Assembly: GCA_963707025.1 (NCBI GenBank)
Contig: CAVPOM010000007.1
Location: 256,001 to 320,000 of the forward strand
Direction of reading: 5' to 3'
Source: an uncultured Verrucomicrobiae bacterium
GTDB lineage: Bacteria; Verrucomicrobiota; Verrucomicrobiia; Limisphaerales; Palsa-1400
Length of the DNA: 64,000 nucleotides
In this document: in pieces, positions 53,673 to 64,000 of the stretch
Position numbering within the stretch: the first letter of the stretch is position 1
Layout of the letters: the number at the start of each line of letters is the position of its first letter
Made by a program: the position numbers and the translations under genes
Notes under the pieces: model-generated
The model's database searches: none
What the model was told of the DNA's origin: nothing
Seen by the model: the letters and a program-made list of their open reading frames with translations, nothing else

Positions 53673-56330
53673 TTGCAAGCTTTGAACTTTAATGTGGCAA
53701 AAAGTCTGACGGCCCTCGTCGTGGGCCTGGTCCTGGCCGGCCCTGCGTCCGCACCGGCGCAAAGCAAGCAGGAAATCCAGGACTACGGGAGAGCGACCAA
53801 TATGTTGGCCCACCAGATGACCGGAGAGGCGGAACTGGCCTTGAGCAAATTTGTCGCCGACTATACCAACTCCATCTTCCGCACCAACGCCATCCTTGAC
53901 TGGGCGCGCGCCCGGATTGGGTTGTCCAACTATGATGGGGCGCTGGATTTGCTCAAGGCGACGCCGGCGGGCAAACTGGAGCCGGATTTCGTTTATTGGA
54001 CGGCCTGGGCTTATTATGGCAAGAGGGCCTACACCAATGCCATAGAGCGTTGCGCCTATTTGTTGCAAAACTACCTGACCGCCCCGCCGCCCTTGCCCCT
54101 GCGCGCCACTCTGCTCCAGGCGCGGGCGCTGGCCCAATTGTCCAATTGGACGAGCTTGCGGGTTCTTTTGTCCAAGCCCGACGGGGTGTTCCAGGCCGCC
54201 GCCCAGTTCGGACAGAATGACCAGGATGTGGTGGACGGTTATTTCCTGCTGGGGCAGGCCTATTTGAATCAAAAGCAGGACCAGGCGGCGGAGGCGGTCC
54301 TGGGCAAGATCAACACCAATGGCTTGAGGCTGGATTTGAGATGGCAGCGCCAGGATTTGTTGTGCCAGGTTTTTCTGGAGGAGGGGCGGCTGGAGGAAGC
54401 GCTGGTGGGCAGCGCCAATTTGCTCGCCTTCCTCCCCCAGGCCAGCCAGGACCAGCGCATCGCCACGGCGTTTTTGCGGGGGGAAATCTTGGAGCGAACC
54501 CGCCAGATATCCGCGGCGCTGCAATCTTATTCCAATAATCTGGAAAGGGGCTTTCCGACGGAAGTCAAGCGGCAGGCGCTGGGCCAAATGATTGACCTGA
54601 TGCTGCAACAAGACCAGCCATCCAATACCATGCAATGGCTGGACGATTTCATCCAGCAGCGCACCAACGAACCGATCCTGGACCTGGCGCGGTTTCATCT
54701 GGGCGATCTGGAGCTCAAAGCGTATTTTGCTCCCCGCGATCCGGGGAGCAACGGCCCGGCTGCCGCCGACACCAATCTTCTGCTCTCCGCCATCACCAAC
54801 CTGGACCTGGCGGCCAATTCGCACGACGGGGAACTCCCTGGCCGGGCGTGTCTGGACCGCGGCTGGTGCGACTGGGCGCAGGGAAATTTCGCCGGCGCCG
54901 CCTCTCATTTTTCCCAGGCGGTGGCCAAGCTGCCCTTATCCACAAACCAGGCCGTGGCGCTGTTGAAACTGGGCGACGCCTGCTTCCGGCAAGGCGATTA
55001 CGCGGCGGCGGTGACTCATTACAACCGGCTCATCCGGGATTACGCCAGCATGGCGGGGGTGAGCAACGAATTGTTCGACCTCACCCTCTATCAACTCGTG
55101 CAGGCCAACATCAAACTGGGCCGTGAGGAGGCCGCCCGCGCGGCGGCGGAACATATTCTGGATTGGTTTCCCATCAGCGGCTACGGCGAGCAAAGTCTGC
55201 TGCTCATCGGGGAAGATTCGTCCAACCGCAAGACCAACTACCCGGCGGCGCGCGCGGTTTTTCAACGGCTGCTGGAGAAATACCCCGACACGCCGCTGTG
55301 GCCAACCATTCAACTGTACATCGCCCGCACTTACGAGCAGGAAGGCGATTGGACCAGCGCCAGCAACGCCTATGCCAGCCTGGAGGACAACCCCAACTTC
55401 GCCAGCAACGCCCTCCGGCCGCAAGTGGAGTTTTCCATCGCCCTGGCCTGCGGCAAAGCGGGCCTGGAAAGCGAGGCGCTGGCGCGCATGTCGAATGTGG
55501 TGAGCCTGACCAACCAATTTCCCGGCGACACCAACGCGGCGCTGGCCCAGAACTGGATCGGCAATTACCACCTGAACCACGGCAATTATCCGGAGGCCGA
55601 CTACGCCTTCCAGGAGCTGGCCAACCGCAAGACCTTTCCCAAGGCGGGCGACCTGGCCTGGGAAGCCCGGCTGAATGCCGGCCGGGCGGCGCTCCATCAT
55701 CAGGATTTGCTGGGCGCCAGCAACGATTTTTATCTGGTGGCCTTTGACACCAACGCCCCGGGCGGGTATCAAGCCGAGGGCCAGTTCCAGTTGGGCTACA
55801 CCGATTATCAACTATGGCAAAAGGACACGACCAATGAGATCCTGCTCCAGGACGCCATCAAAGCTTTGAAAAGAGTGACCGATGCAGGCCCCTCCAACTT
55901 CATGGCGACAGCGGCATTCGGCGAATTGGGAAATTGTTATCTGGCTTGGGCCGATCTTAATAAATCCAACCTCAACAATTACACCAACGCCATCCACTTC
56001 TATCAAACCTTGTTGCTGGATACCAATGACGCGCCCGCCGATGTCACCGTGCGCAGCCAGGCGGAGTATGGCCTGGGCCTGATCGCCGAGCGCCAGCACC
56101 AGCCCCTGGAAGCATTGCGGCGCTATTGCAATGTGCTCTACGACACCGACACCGCCCATGCCGACCCGTCCTGGGTCCGGGAGGCCGGCGTCAAAGCGGC
56201 GGCGCTCTACGAAGAACTAAAGGACTGGCCCGGCGCCGAAGAAGTCTATCAGCGCGTCCAGGAGGTCGTGCCTTCCCTCCACGACCAGATGCAGAAGAAC
56301 ATTGACCGGATCAAGGCCGCCGGCAATTAG
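53673..56330 (+). CDS. Large secreted tetratricopeptide-repeat protein
   Basis: Signal peptide; repeated TPR-like helices (ALLKLGDACFRQGDYAAAVTHY, ARAVFQRLLEKYPDT, AEYGLGLIAE). Confidence 0.85.
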   Translation: MQALNFNVAKSLTALVVGLVLAGPASAPAQSKQEIQDYGRATNMLAHQMTGEAELALSKFVADYTNSIFRTNAILDWARARIGLSNYDGALDLLKATPAGKLEPDFVYWTAWAYYGKRAYTNAIERCAYLLQNYLTAPPPLPLRATLLQARALAQLSNWTSLRVLLSKPDGVFQAAAQFGQNDQDVVDGYFLLGQAYLNQKQDQAAEAVLGKINTNGLRLDLRWQRQDLLCQVFLEEGRLEEALVGSANLLAFLPQASQDQRIATAFLRGEILERTRQISAALQSYSNNLERGFPTEVKRQALGQMIDLMLQQDQPSNTMQWLDDFIQQRTNEPILDLARFHLGDLELKAYFAPRDPGSNGPAAADTNLLLSAITNLDLAANSHDGELPGRACLDRGWCDWAQGNFAGAASHFSQAVAKLPLSTNQAVALLKLGDACFRQGDYAAAVTHYNRLIRDYASMAGVSNELFDLTLYQLVQANIKLGREEAARAAAEHILDWFPISGYGEQSLLLIGEDSSNRKTNYPAARAVFQRLLEKYPDTPLWPTIQLYIARTYEQEGDWTSASNAYASLEDNPNFASNALRPQVEFSIALACGKAGLESEALARMSNVVSLTNQFPGDTNAALAQNWIGNYHLNHGNYPEADYAFQELANRKTFPKAGDLAWEARLNAGRAALHHQDLLGASNDFYLVAFDTNAPGGYQAEGQFQLGYTDYQLWQKDTTNEILLQDAIKALKRVTDAGPSNFMATAAFGELGNCYLAWADLNKSNLNNYTNAIHFYQTLLLDTNDAPADVTVRSQAEYGLGLIAERQHQPLEALRRYCNVLYDTDTAHADPSWVREAGVKAAALYEELKDWPGAEEVYQRVQEVVPSLHDQMQKNIDRIKAAGN

Positions 56331-56386
56331 CCGGGGCGCGCCGGCGCGACTTGCGCCCGGCGCAAAAATGAGGCAACATTATTAAG

Positions 56387-56764
56387 ATGATTAACAAGAC
56401 CGATACCGCCGGGGCGGTGGTGAATCTCACGGAAAATGCCGCCGACCAAATCAAGGCCCAACTGGCCGCCGATCCGGCCGGCGGGAGCAAGAGCCTGCGC
56501 ATTTACGTCGAACAAGGCGGCTGCTCCGGCCTGCAGTACGGCATGACTTTTGACGAGAAACGCGACGGCGATCTGACCGCGACTTGCTTCGGCCTGTCCG
56601 TCCTGGTGGATGCCTTCAGCGCCGATTACGTCCGCGGCGCCGTGGTTGATTTTTCCGAGGCGCTGACCGGCGGCGGTTTCAAAATCTCCAACCCCAACGC
56701 CGCGCAAAGTTGCGGCTGCGGCAAATCCTTCGCCACCGAAGCGCCCCCGGCCGCTCACTCCTGA
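56387..56764 (+). CDS. HesB/IscA/ErpA A-type Fe-S carrier protein
   Basis: LRIYVEQGGCSGLQYGM; GGFKISNPNAAQSCGCGKSF. Confidence 0.95.
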   Translation: MINKTDTAGAVVNLTENAADQIKAQLAADPAGGSKSLRIYVEQGGCSGLQYGMTFDEKRDGDLTATCFGLSVLVDAFSADYVRGAVVDFSEALTGGGFKISNPNAAQSCGCGKSFATEAPPAAHS

Positions 56765-56876
56765 CTGCCGGTGGCGGCGGTCCAGGACCGCGGCAAATCA
56801 AAAAGAAACACGGAAGACCGGCGGTCACAGAGGGCCGCTGCAATCTTCGCGCGAGCCGGGCGCAAGAGGCCGGCCG

Positions 56877-57320
56877 TCATGGCCCGGCGCCCGCCCGGCG
56901 AAGCTCGGCGCACCATGCTTCAATCTTGGCCCGGATCTGGTCGCGCACGGCGCGGGTTTTTTCCAAGGCTCCTTGGCGCGTCCCGGCAAACGCCGATGGG
57001 TCTGGAAAACTCCAATGCAGCCGCTGGGTCACGCCAGGGAAGACAGGACACCGTTCGGCGCTGGCCTCGTCGCAAACCGTGATGACGAAGGCGAACATCC
57101 GGCCGGATTTGAACATGTCGAAGACCGACTTGGTTTGGCTGCGGGAAATATCCAGGCCCGCCTCGCGCATCACCTCGACGGCCAGCGGATTGAGTTTGCC
57201 CGGCTCGAACCCGGCGCTGTGCCCTTCAAATTCCTCCGGGCAAATTTGATTGAGAAAGGCCTCGGCCATCTGGCTGCGGGCGCTGTTATGGATGCAAACA
57301 AACAGGACTTTCTTTTTCAT
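56877..57320 (-). CDS. arsC: Arsenate reductase (LMW-PTP family)
   Basis: VLFVCIHNSARSQMAEA, VITVCD..AERCPVFPG, HWSFPDP; downstream of acr3. Confidence 0.92.
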   Translation of the reverse strand: MKKKVLFVCIHNSARSQMAEAFLNQICPEEFEGHSAGFEPGKLNPLAVEVMREAGLDISRSQTKSVFDMFKSGRMFAFVITVCDEASAERCPVFPGVTQRLHWSFPDPSAFAGTRQGALEKTRAVRDQIRAKIEAWCAELRRAGAGP

Positions 57321-57336
57321 GGGTTGGTTCTTTCAT

Positions 57337-58430
57337 TTAATTGGGCGCCACCCTGATCTCCGGGCGCTGGTCCGCGGCGGCAAACCAATGCCGCGTGCGG
57401 TTGCAGAACGCGCAAACCGAAAGCATCACCGGCACTTCCACCAGCACACCGACGACGGTGGCCAGCGCCGCGCCGGAGGCAGGCCCGAACAGCGTGATGG
57501 CCACTGCCACGGCGAGTTCAAAAAAGTTGCTGGCGCCGATGAGCGCTCCGGGCGAGGCGATATTGTGGGGCACGCGCAGGCGGCGCATGAGCAGGTAGGC
57601 CAGGGCGGCGTTGCCATAAACCTGGAGGATGATCGGCACGGCAATCAAGAGCACGGCCAGCCAGCGTTGCAGGAGATTGGCCGACTGGAAGGCGAAGATC
57701 AGAACCAGCGTCAGGAGCAACGCCCCGATCATCACCGGATGAAATCCGGGAGAAAACTCCTCTCCAGCCACTCCTTGCCGCGCGACTTGAGCAAGGCCGC
57801 GCGGGTCAGCCAGCCCGCCGTCAGCGGCGTCACGATGAACACCAGCACCGAAGTAATCAGCACCTTGGGCGGAACCACCACGTGGGCCACGCCGCAGAGG
57901 AACATGACGATGGGCGCGAACGCCACCAGCATGATCAAATCATTCACCGCCACCTGAACCAGCGTATAGACGGGGTCGCCATCCGTCAGATAGGACCAGA
58001 CAAACACCATGGCCGTGCAGGGTGCCGCGGCGAGAATGATGAGGCCGGCGGTGTATTCTTTGGCCAGCTCCGGGGGGATCCACGCGGCGAACAGATGCCG
58101 CAGGAACAGCCAGGCCAGCAGCGCCATGCTGAACGGCTTGACCACCCAGTTGACCAACAACGTCACCATCAGACCCTTGGGCTTGCCGGCCATGGCGCCG
58201 ATGGCGCTGAAGTCCACCTTCAGCATCATCGGATAAATCATGAGCCACAATAGGACGCCGATGGGCACGTTGACCCGGGAGTCTTGCCCGAACTCCATCC
58301 GGCTCAGGCGGGAGGTGAGGCCCGGCAACAGTTTGCCCACGGCCACCCCCGCGACCATGCAGGCCAAGACCCACACCGTGAGGTATCGCTCGAAGAAACC
58401 CGGCCGTTTGGCTGGAATGGCTTGGCTCAT
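57337..58430 (-). CDS. acr3: ACR3-family arsenite efflux transporter (frameshift near 57745)
   Basis: FERYLTVWV, LLWLMIYPMMLKVDF, NWVVKPFSM, AAPCTAMVFVWS, GASNFFELAVAVA, GVLVEVPVML. Confidence 0.92.
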
Positions 58431-58549
58431 GCTCTAATTCTGACCGGGCGTCTTTGGCAAACACACCCCTGGCCCCGGGGCCAGGCCGGCAGCATGCGCG
58501 CGCGGCCCGGATCGGACAAGGCCCTGCCCGCGGCCCGGAGCGCCCGCAT
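58427..58549 (-). pseudogene. arsR: Truncated ArsR-family repressor remnant (40 aa)
   Basis: Manual translation MRALRAAGRALSDPGRARMLPAWPRGQGCVCQRRPVRIRA*; resembles the ArsR N-terminus (ALSD..R..IL...ELCVC); stop overlaps the acr3 ATG. Confidence 0.65.
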
Positions 58550-58557
58550 ATCTACAT

Positions 58558-58573
58558 TTCGCCAAATAGCGAA
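58558..58573. promoter_or_regulatory. Putative ArsR operator palindrome
   Basis: TTCGC-caaata-GCGAA just upstream of the arsR remnant start. Confidence 0.45.
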
Positions 58574-58666
58574 CTAACAATCGCCTATTCCCTGCGATTG
58601 CGCAACCCCTGTTTTGCAATTCGGGTTGCGCGGCGCGTGCCGGCGGGGTATGCCGTCATCATCCTG

Positions 58667-58996
58667 ATGAAAATCGGGGTGTTCAGCGCCGGGGGCATGA
58701 GCACCAATTTCCCCGCCAACTACCCGGCCCCGGGCGAAAAAGCCAACCAGCAACCGCGCCTCCTCTGGCTCAGTTGCGGCAGCGAAGACCGGTTGGTCAG
58801 GATCAATCGGAATCTGAGCGACTGGCTCACCGCCCGGGGCGTGCGGCACACCTGGGAGGAAACTCCGGGCGCGCATACCTACCAGGTCTGGCGGCGCGAT
58901 TTGGCCGGGTTTGCGCCCCTGCTGTTCCAGGCCAAAAAGCAGCGTGTTCCTTGTGCCGCGCTTTCCAGGCTGGCAACTTGGCTGTCTTGGGTCTAG
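58667..58996 (+). pseudogene. C-terminal fragment of an alpha/beta-hydrolase esterase
   Basis: IGVFSAG...LLWLSCGSEDRL...TPGAHTYQVWRRDL..FAPLLF; no GxSxG nucleophile region or N-terminus. Confidence 0.65.
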
Positions 58997-59011
58997 TGTG
59001 CTCGCGGTGAT

Positions 59012-59785
59012 ATGACGACTCTGGCAAAACAACTGGCGCGGGATTGGTTCGGGGGCTTGGGGCGGGGGACGCTGCTGTGCCGGGACATCGCGGCCTCGCT
59101 GTTCAAGGTCAAGCCGGTCGGGCGCGATGTTGTTTACCAGATGTACTCCATCGGCGTCAAATCCCAGTCCGTCGTGATCATCACCGGCATGTTCACCGGC
59201 ATGGTGTTGTGCGCCCAGACTTATTTCCAGTTTCACCGGGTGAAAATGGACAGCCTGACGCTGGCGGTGGTGAGCGTCTCCATGGGCAGCGAACTGGGCC
59301 CGGTGCTCACCGGCTTGATGGTCGCCGGACGGGTCGGCGCCGCCATCGCGGCGGAAATCGGCACCATGCGCGTGACCGAACAAATAGACGCCCTGCGCAC
59401 CCTGGCGGCCCATCCGGTGGATTACCTGGTCGTCCCCCGTTTTCTGGGCATGTTCCTCACCATGCCCTTGCTCACGGTCGAATCCATCGCCCTGGGCATT
59501 GGGGCGGCCTATCTGGTGGCGTCCTTTCTTCTCGGCATCAATCAAGCCGCCGCCTGGCACCAGATGGTCCACCATACCGACGTGATTGACATGCTGACTG
59601 GCATCATCAAGACCTTTGTCTTTGGCGGCGTCATCGCGGTGATCGCCTGTTACAAGGGGTTGACCTGTCCCCAGGGCGCCGAAGGGGTGGGCCATGCCAC
59701 CACCGGGGCGGTGGTGTATTCCTCGATCGTCATCCTCATCTCGAATTTTTTCCTGACCATGCTCCTCAACACCCTGCTGCGATGA
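59012..59785 (+). CDS. mlaE: MlaE-family ABC transporter permease
   Basis: ELGPVLTGLMVAGRVGAAIAAEIGTMRVTEQIDALRTL..P.DYLVVPR; GAEGVGHATT. Confidence 0.93.
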   Translation: MTTLAKQLARDWFGGLGRGTLLCRDIAASLFKVKPVGRDVVYQMYSIGVKSQSVVIITGMFTGMVLCAQTYFQFHRVKMDSLTLAVVSVSMGSELGPVLTGLMVAGRVGAAIAAEIGTMRVTEQIDALRTLAAHPVDYLVVPRFLGMFLTMPLLTVESIALGIGAAYLVASFLLGINQAAAWHQMVHHTDVIDMLTGIIKTFVFGGVIAVIACYKGLTCPQGAEGVGHATTGAVVYSSIVILISNFFLTMLLNTLLR

Positions 59786-60537
59786 TGATTGAAGTCCGCC
59801 ATCTGCAAAAAAGCTTCGGGGCGCTGCGCGTCCTGGAGGGAGTGGATTTCTCCATCGCCAAAGGGCAGGCGGTGACCATCATCGGGGTGAGCGGCGGGGG
59901 CAAGAGTATTCTGCTCAAGCTGCTCATCGGCCTCATCACCCCCGACGCCGGGGAAATCCACATCGAGGGCCAGAACATCGCCGGGATGGACGAGCGCCAG
60001 TTGCTCCAAGTCCGCCGCAAATTCGGCATGCTCTTCCAGGGCGCGGCCCTGTTCGACTCCCTCAGCGTGGAGGACAATGTCAACTTCCTCCTCCGCCGTG
60101 AGGGCCGGACGCCGCCGGAGGAGATTTCCCGGCGCGTGGCCGAAGTGCTGGAATTGGTCGGGCTGGAGGGCACGCAAAAGAAGATGCCCGCCGAACTGTC
60201 CGGCGGCATGCGCAAGCGCGTCGGCCTGGCCCGCGCGGTGGTTTACCGACCCGAAATCGTCCTCTACGACGAGCCGACCACCGGGCTGGACCCGATCGCG
60301 GCCGACAGCATTGACCAGTTGATCAGCCGGGTGGTCGAGACCTTTCACATCACTTCCATCGCCGTCACCCACGACATGCGGAGCGCGCGCCGCATCAGCC
60401 GGCGCATTTTGATGCTGCACGAGGGCCGCATTTACGCCGACCAAACCCCGGATGAAATTTTTAAATCCGATGATCCGGTCATCCGCCGGTTCGTCAATGG
60501 CATCGCCGAACCCATTGGAAAACAAACCCTAGTATGA
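59782..60537 (+). CDS. mlaF: MlaF/Mkl-family ABC ATPase
   Basis: GVSGGGKS, MLFQGAALFDSL, LSGGMRKRVGLARA, LYDEPTTGLDP. Confidence 0.93.
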   Translation: MMIEVRHLQKSFGALRVLEGVDFSIAKGQAVTIIGVSGGGKSILLKLLIGLITPDAGEIHIEGQNIAGMDERQLLQVRRKFGMLFQGAALFDSLSVEDNVNFLLRREGRTPPEEISRRVAEVLELVGLEGTQKKMPAELSGGMRKRVGLARAVVYRPEIVLYDEPTTGLDPIAADSIDQLISRVVETFHITSIAVTHDMRSARRISRRILMLHEGRIYADQTPDEIFKSDDPVIRRFVNGIAEPIGKQTLV

Positions 60538-61562
60538 ACGACACACGCTTTGCATGGAAGGTTGGGCTTTTTGTCGCTGTTGGCCTGCTGCTGGGGGCCC
60601 TGCTCATCCTCAACTTCAGCAAGGGCCCCATGGTCTTCCACCACACTTACAAACTCCACGTCGTCCTGCCGACGGTGGCGGGCTTGAAGACGTCGGCCGA
60701 TGTGATGATGGCCGGTGTGCCGATCGGCAAGGTTATCGCCACCGACCTGAGCCTGGACGGCCGGTCGGTGGACATCACGGTGGAGGTCCTGGCCAAGTAT
60801 CAAATTCGCCAGAGCGCGAGTTTTCATATTGACCAGCTCGGCTTTCTCGGCGATCCCTATATAGAAGTGACCCCGGCGGCGGAGGCGGCCGGCCAGGCCG
60901 GGCCGTATTTGACCAACGGGGCGAGCGTCATGGGCGAGGCCCCGTTCAACATGCAGGAGGCGGTGCGTTCCATTTCCGGTCTGGTGGATCAAGGACAGAA
61001 GACCATGAAGGACCTCGACAAGGCGATCAACAGCGTCAATAATTCCATATTGGATGCCGTAACCTTGACCAATTTCGTGGCCACCATGACCAATTTTGAG
61101 TCGGTGACCGCCGACGCCGCCAGCATGGCCAAGCAGATCCGTGGCATGCTCGATGCCAATCTTCCCGCCGTCCACGCCGCCGTGACCAACTTCGCCACTC
61201 TGGCCCGGAAGCTGGATGACATGGCCGACAAACTGGACCGCACCATCTCGACCAACACCGGCGACGTGACCGAAGCGGTGAAAAACATCAAAGCCGCCTC
61301 CGCCTCCCTGCAACACCTGGCCGACGGCCTCCAAGCCGGGCAGGGCCTGGCCGGGAGTCTGTTGAAAGACGAAAAGATGAGGGGGGATTTCGCGACCTTG
61401 ATCACCAACCTCAGCGGCATGGCGGAGCAATTCGGCCGGTTTGGCCGCGGCCTCAACGAACACGGGCTGTGGTGGCATTTATGGAACCCCAAACCAACGC
61501 CCACCAACGCGCCGGCGCGCCACTCGCCCGGACCATCGCCCGGCAACGCGCCCGCGCGCTGA
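60534..61562 (+). CDS. mlaD: MlaD/MCE-domain protein
   Basis: KVGLFV TM, VAGLKTSADVMMAGVPIGKV, GFLGDPYIEVTP, helical tail. Confidence 0.9.
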   Translation: MNDTRFAWKVGLFVAVGLLLGALLILNFSKGPMVFHHTYKLHVVLPTVAGLKTSADVMMAGVPIGKVIATDLSLDGRSVDITVEVLAKYQIRQSASFHIDQLGFLGDPYIEVTPAAEAAGQAGPYLTNGASVMGEAPFNMQEAVRSISGLVDQGQKTMKDLDKAINSVNNSILDAVTLTNFVATMTNFESVTADAASMAKQIRGMLDANLPAVHAAVTNFATLARKLDDMADKLDRTISTNTGDVTEAVKNIKAASASLQHLADGLQAGQGLAGSLLKDEKMRGDFATLITNLSGMAEQFGRFGRGLNEHGLWWHLWNPKPTPTNAPARHSPGPSPGNAPAR

Positions 61563-61593
61563 TGCCCCCAACCACCTCCCCACCACCGTTATT

Positions 61594-62642
61594 ATGCGAC
61601 CAATTCGGGTCATTCGGAGTTTGTTTTTGGTCCTCTGCATCCTGGGCGGCTACGCCATCAGCCAGTTGCGGACGGACCTGATCAGCACCGTGCAGTTGGG
61701 CTCGCACACGATCAGCGGGGCCTGGCTGGGCGCGGTCATCGGCTTCGGGTTTGGCGGACTGCTCATTGCCATTGACGAAATGCTCAAGGGCTTCTCCCTG
61801 CGCGCGTTCTCCGCCGCCACCTTCGGGCTGATTCTGGGCACGGTCATTGCCGTGATGGTGGACCGATCCGGCCTGTTCGAATTCTCCGACCCAAAAACGG
61901 CCCAGCGCCAGATCATCCGGATTTGTTTGTTTGTCGGCTTCAGTTACATCGGCATGGTCCTGGCCATGCGCAGCAACAAGGAGGATTTCTCCCTTATCAT
62001 CCCCTATGTCCGCTTCGCCTCCCAGAGCAAGCCGGAAAACCTGCTTATTCTGGACACCAGCGTTATCATTGACGGACGCATCGCCGACCTGATAGACGCC
62101 AATTTTCTGGAAGGGACGATCGTGGTGCCCCGTTTCGTCCTGCACGAACTGCAAAAGATAGCCGATTCCAACGACCCGATCATCCGCGCGCGCGGGCGGC
62201 GCGGCCTGGAAATGCTCACCCGCCTGCAGCAAAACAAGCGCAACGAAGTCAAAATCCACGACGCCGATTTCCCCGAGGAAACGGAGGTGGACGCCAAATT
62301 GGTCCGCCTGGCCCGGCCCTCGGGGCCAAGCTCTTCACCAATGACTACAACCTGGGCAAAGTGGCCGAACTCCAAAACGTCCCCCATTTCAATCTCAACG
62401 CGCTGGCCACCGCCCTCAAGCCCGTCATTCTGCCGGGGGAGAATTTCACCCTGCGGGTGGTGCGCGAGGGCAAGGACAAGGGCCAGGGCATCGGCTACCT
62501 CAACGACGGCACCATGGTCGTGATCAACCAAGCCCAGCCCCTCATTGGCCAGCAAGTCAGCGTCAAAGTCCTGAGCCTGCTCCAAACCGGCGCCGGCGTC
62601 ATCATCTTCGCCGATCTCCAGCCCCCCGCCCAGGCCAAGTAA
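61594..62642 (+). CDS. PIN/TRAM-domain membrane protein (YacL-like), frameshift near 62315
   Basis: LDTSVIIDGRI, RGRRGLEML, then TNDYNLGKVAE, GQGIGYLNDGTMVV, LQTGAGVIIFA. Confidence 0.9.
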
Positions 62643-62714
62643 GGCGGTGGAATTAAGCATTCAGCAATTTCACTATTCCTTGAGTTTTCCGCCGCCCGAT
62701 GGCAAGTTGCTGCC

Positions 62715-62921
62715 ATGGAATTTGTCACCGTTTACACTGCTTTGAACCTCGCCGACGCGGAACTCATCCGCGGCCGCCTGGAATCCGCCGACTTTACTGT
62801 CAATGTGAAGAATGAAGATGCCGTGCTGGGGACTGAAGGCGGCGTTTTGCTGCAGGTCCCCGAGGAGGAGGCGGCCGAGGCGCGGACCTTGCTGAACTAC
62901 CAGAATCCGGCCAATCCGTGA
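62715..62921 (+). CDS. DUF2007-family small protein
   Basis: VTVYTALNLADAELIRGRLES...GGVLLQVPEEEAAEARTLL. Confidence 0.75.
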   Translation: MEFVTVYTALNLADAELIRGRLESADFTVNVKNEDAVLGTEGGVLLQVPEEEAAEARTLLNYQNPANP

Positions 62922-64000
62922 ATTCACCCTGGCAAGGCCCCCTGCGGCAGTTGCAAAAGCTCCTGCCGCCGGGCGATCTCCGTTGCGACGCCGCGTCGCG
63001 CCAGGCCCATGCCGGCGACAAATGGTTTGCCTCCCGCCTGCCCGACGCGGTGGCCTTGCCGCGCCGCGCCGATTCGGTCGCGCTCCTCCTGCGCTTCGCC
63101 AGCCGCCACCGCATCCCCGTCACCGCCCGCGGGTCGGGCTTCGGCTACGTGGGCGGCTGCGTGCCGGCGCGCGGCGGCATTGTCCTGTCCCTGGCCCGCA
63201 TGAACCGCATCCGGGAGATTCACACCGGCGATTTTGTCGCGGTGGTCCAGCCCGGGGTCATCCTGCAAACCTTGCAGGAAGCGGTGGAGAGAAAGGGTCT
63301 CTACTATCCGCCCGATCCGGCCAGCCGCGCCGATTGCACCCTGGGCGGCAACATCGCCACCAACGCCGGCGGCCCCCGCTGCCTCAAATACGGCGTCACC
63401 CGCGATTTTGTCCTCGGTTTGGAAGTCGTCCTGGCCGGCGGCGCCATCGTCCGGGTGGGCGGACGCACCCATAAAAACAAATCCGGGTTCGATCTCACCG
63501 GCTTGTTTGTCGGTTCGGAAGGCCTGCTCGGGGTGGTGACGGAAGCGACCTTGAAACTGCTGCCGCTGCCACCGTTCCAGGCGCTGCTGGTCGCGGGGTA
63601 TGATGACATGGCCGCGGCCGCCCGCGCCATCCGCGCCGTTTTTGCGGCCGGCTTTTTGCCTTCCGCCCTGGAAGTCGCCGATCAATTCACTTTGGCCGCG
63701 GCCCGCCGGCGGACCGGCAGCCAACGGCTGGACGGCTTGCGCGCCATGATCATGGTGGAATTGGATGGCCAGGAGAAGTCGGTCCGCGGCGAAATCCCCG
63801 CCCTGGAAAAACTGCTCCGCGCCCGCCGGCCCAGGCTCCTCCGGCGCGCTTATGGGCGCGCGCGATGCGAGGACCTTTGGCAGTTGCGCCGCGAATTCTC
63901 CTTCTCCCTGCGCGACACCGGGCTGATCAAGCTCAACCAGGACATCGTGGTCCCGCGGGGCCGGCTGGAAGACCTCTTTGCCTTCACCGCCCGCCTCCAA
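62918..64000 (+). CDS. GlcD-like FAD-linked oxidoreductase (3' end runs off window)
   Basis: Manual translation from GTG 62918: PVTARGSGFGYVGGCVP..GGIVLSLARMNRI..YPPDPAS..CTLGGNIATNAGGPRCLKYGVTRD. Confidence 0.9.
   Translation, partial: MNSPWQGPLRQLQKLLPPGDLRCDAASRQAHAGDKWFASRLPDAVALPRRADSVALLLRFASRHRIPVTARGSGFGYVGGCVPARGGIVLSLARMNRIREIHTGDFVAVVQPGVILQTLQEAVERKGLYYPPDPASRADCTLGGNIATNAGGPRCLKYGVTRDFVLGLEVVLAGGAIVRVGGRTHKNKSGFDLTGLFVGSEGLLGVVTEATLKLLPLPPFQALLVAGYDDMAAAARAIRAVFAAGFLPSALEVADQFTLAAARRRTGSQRLDGLRAMIMVELDGQEKSVRGEIPALEKLLRARRPRLLRRAYGRARCEDLWQLRREFSFSLRDTGLIKLNQDIVVPRGRLEDLFAFTARLQ

Overview
High-GC (~65% by eye) bacterial chromosome segment, most likely Verrucomicrobiota (inference from a DUF1559-type prepilin, lineage-typical hypothetical proteins and many short palindromic repeats). 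In order it carries: an OmpR-type regulator divergent from a YncE-TolC-MFP-RND efflux operon; a lat/pcd lysine-catabolism pair; a long Ala/Gln/Lys repeat protein; a squalene synthase; argH; gdhA; a pectin-utilisation cluster (GH28, six-hairpin GH, prepilin, PL4); hisI and trpE; a small restriction-modification islet between ~100-bp direct repeats; an alginate-lyase/GH27 fusion; uvrA; a lower-GC islet; a TPR protein; IscA/ErpA; an eroded ars operon; mlaEFD; PIN-TRAM; and a GlcD-like oxidoreductase. The best candidate for a new system is 46111-51937. There an AbiEii/DUF6036-like nucleotidyltransferase overlaps a ~1730-aa protein that fuses a winged-HTH partner domain to a NACHT/STAND ATPase, a long helical region and a C-terminal PD-(D/E)xK nuclease, behind a sigma70 promoter whose -10 box sits inside a perfect palindrome. 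Many conserved genes carry single frameshifts, probably long-read assembly errors. No tRNA, rRNA or CRISPR array was seen. All family names come from motif recognition, not database searches.
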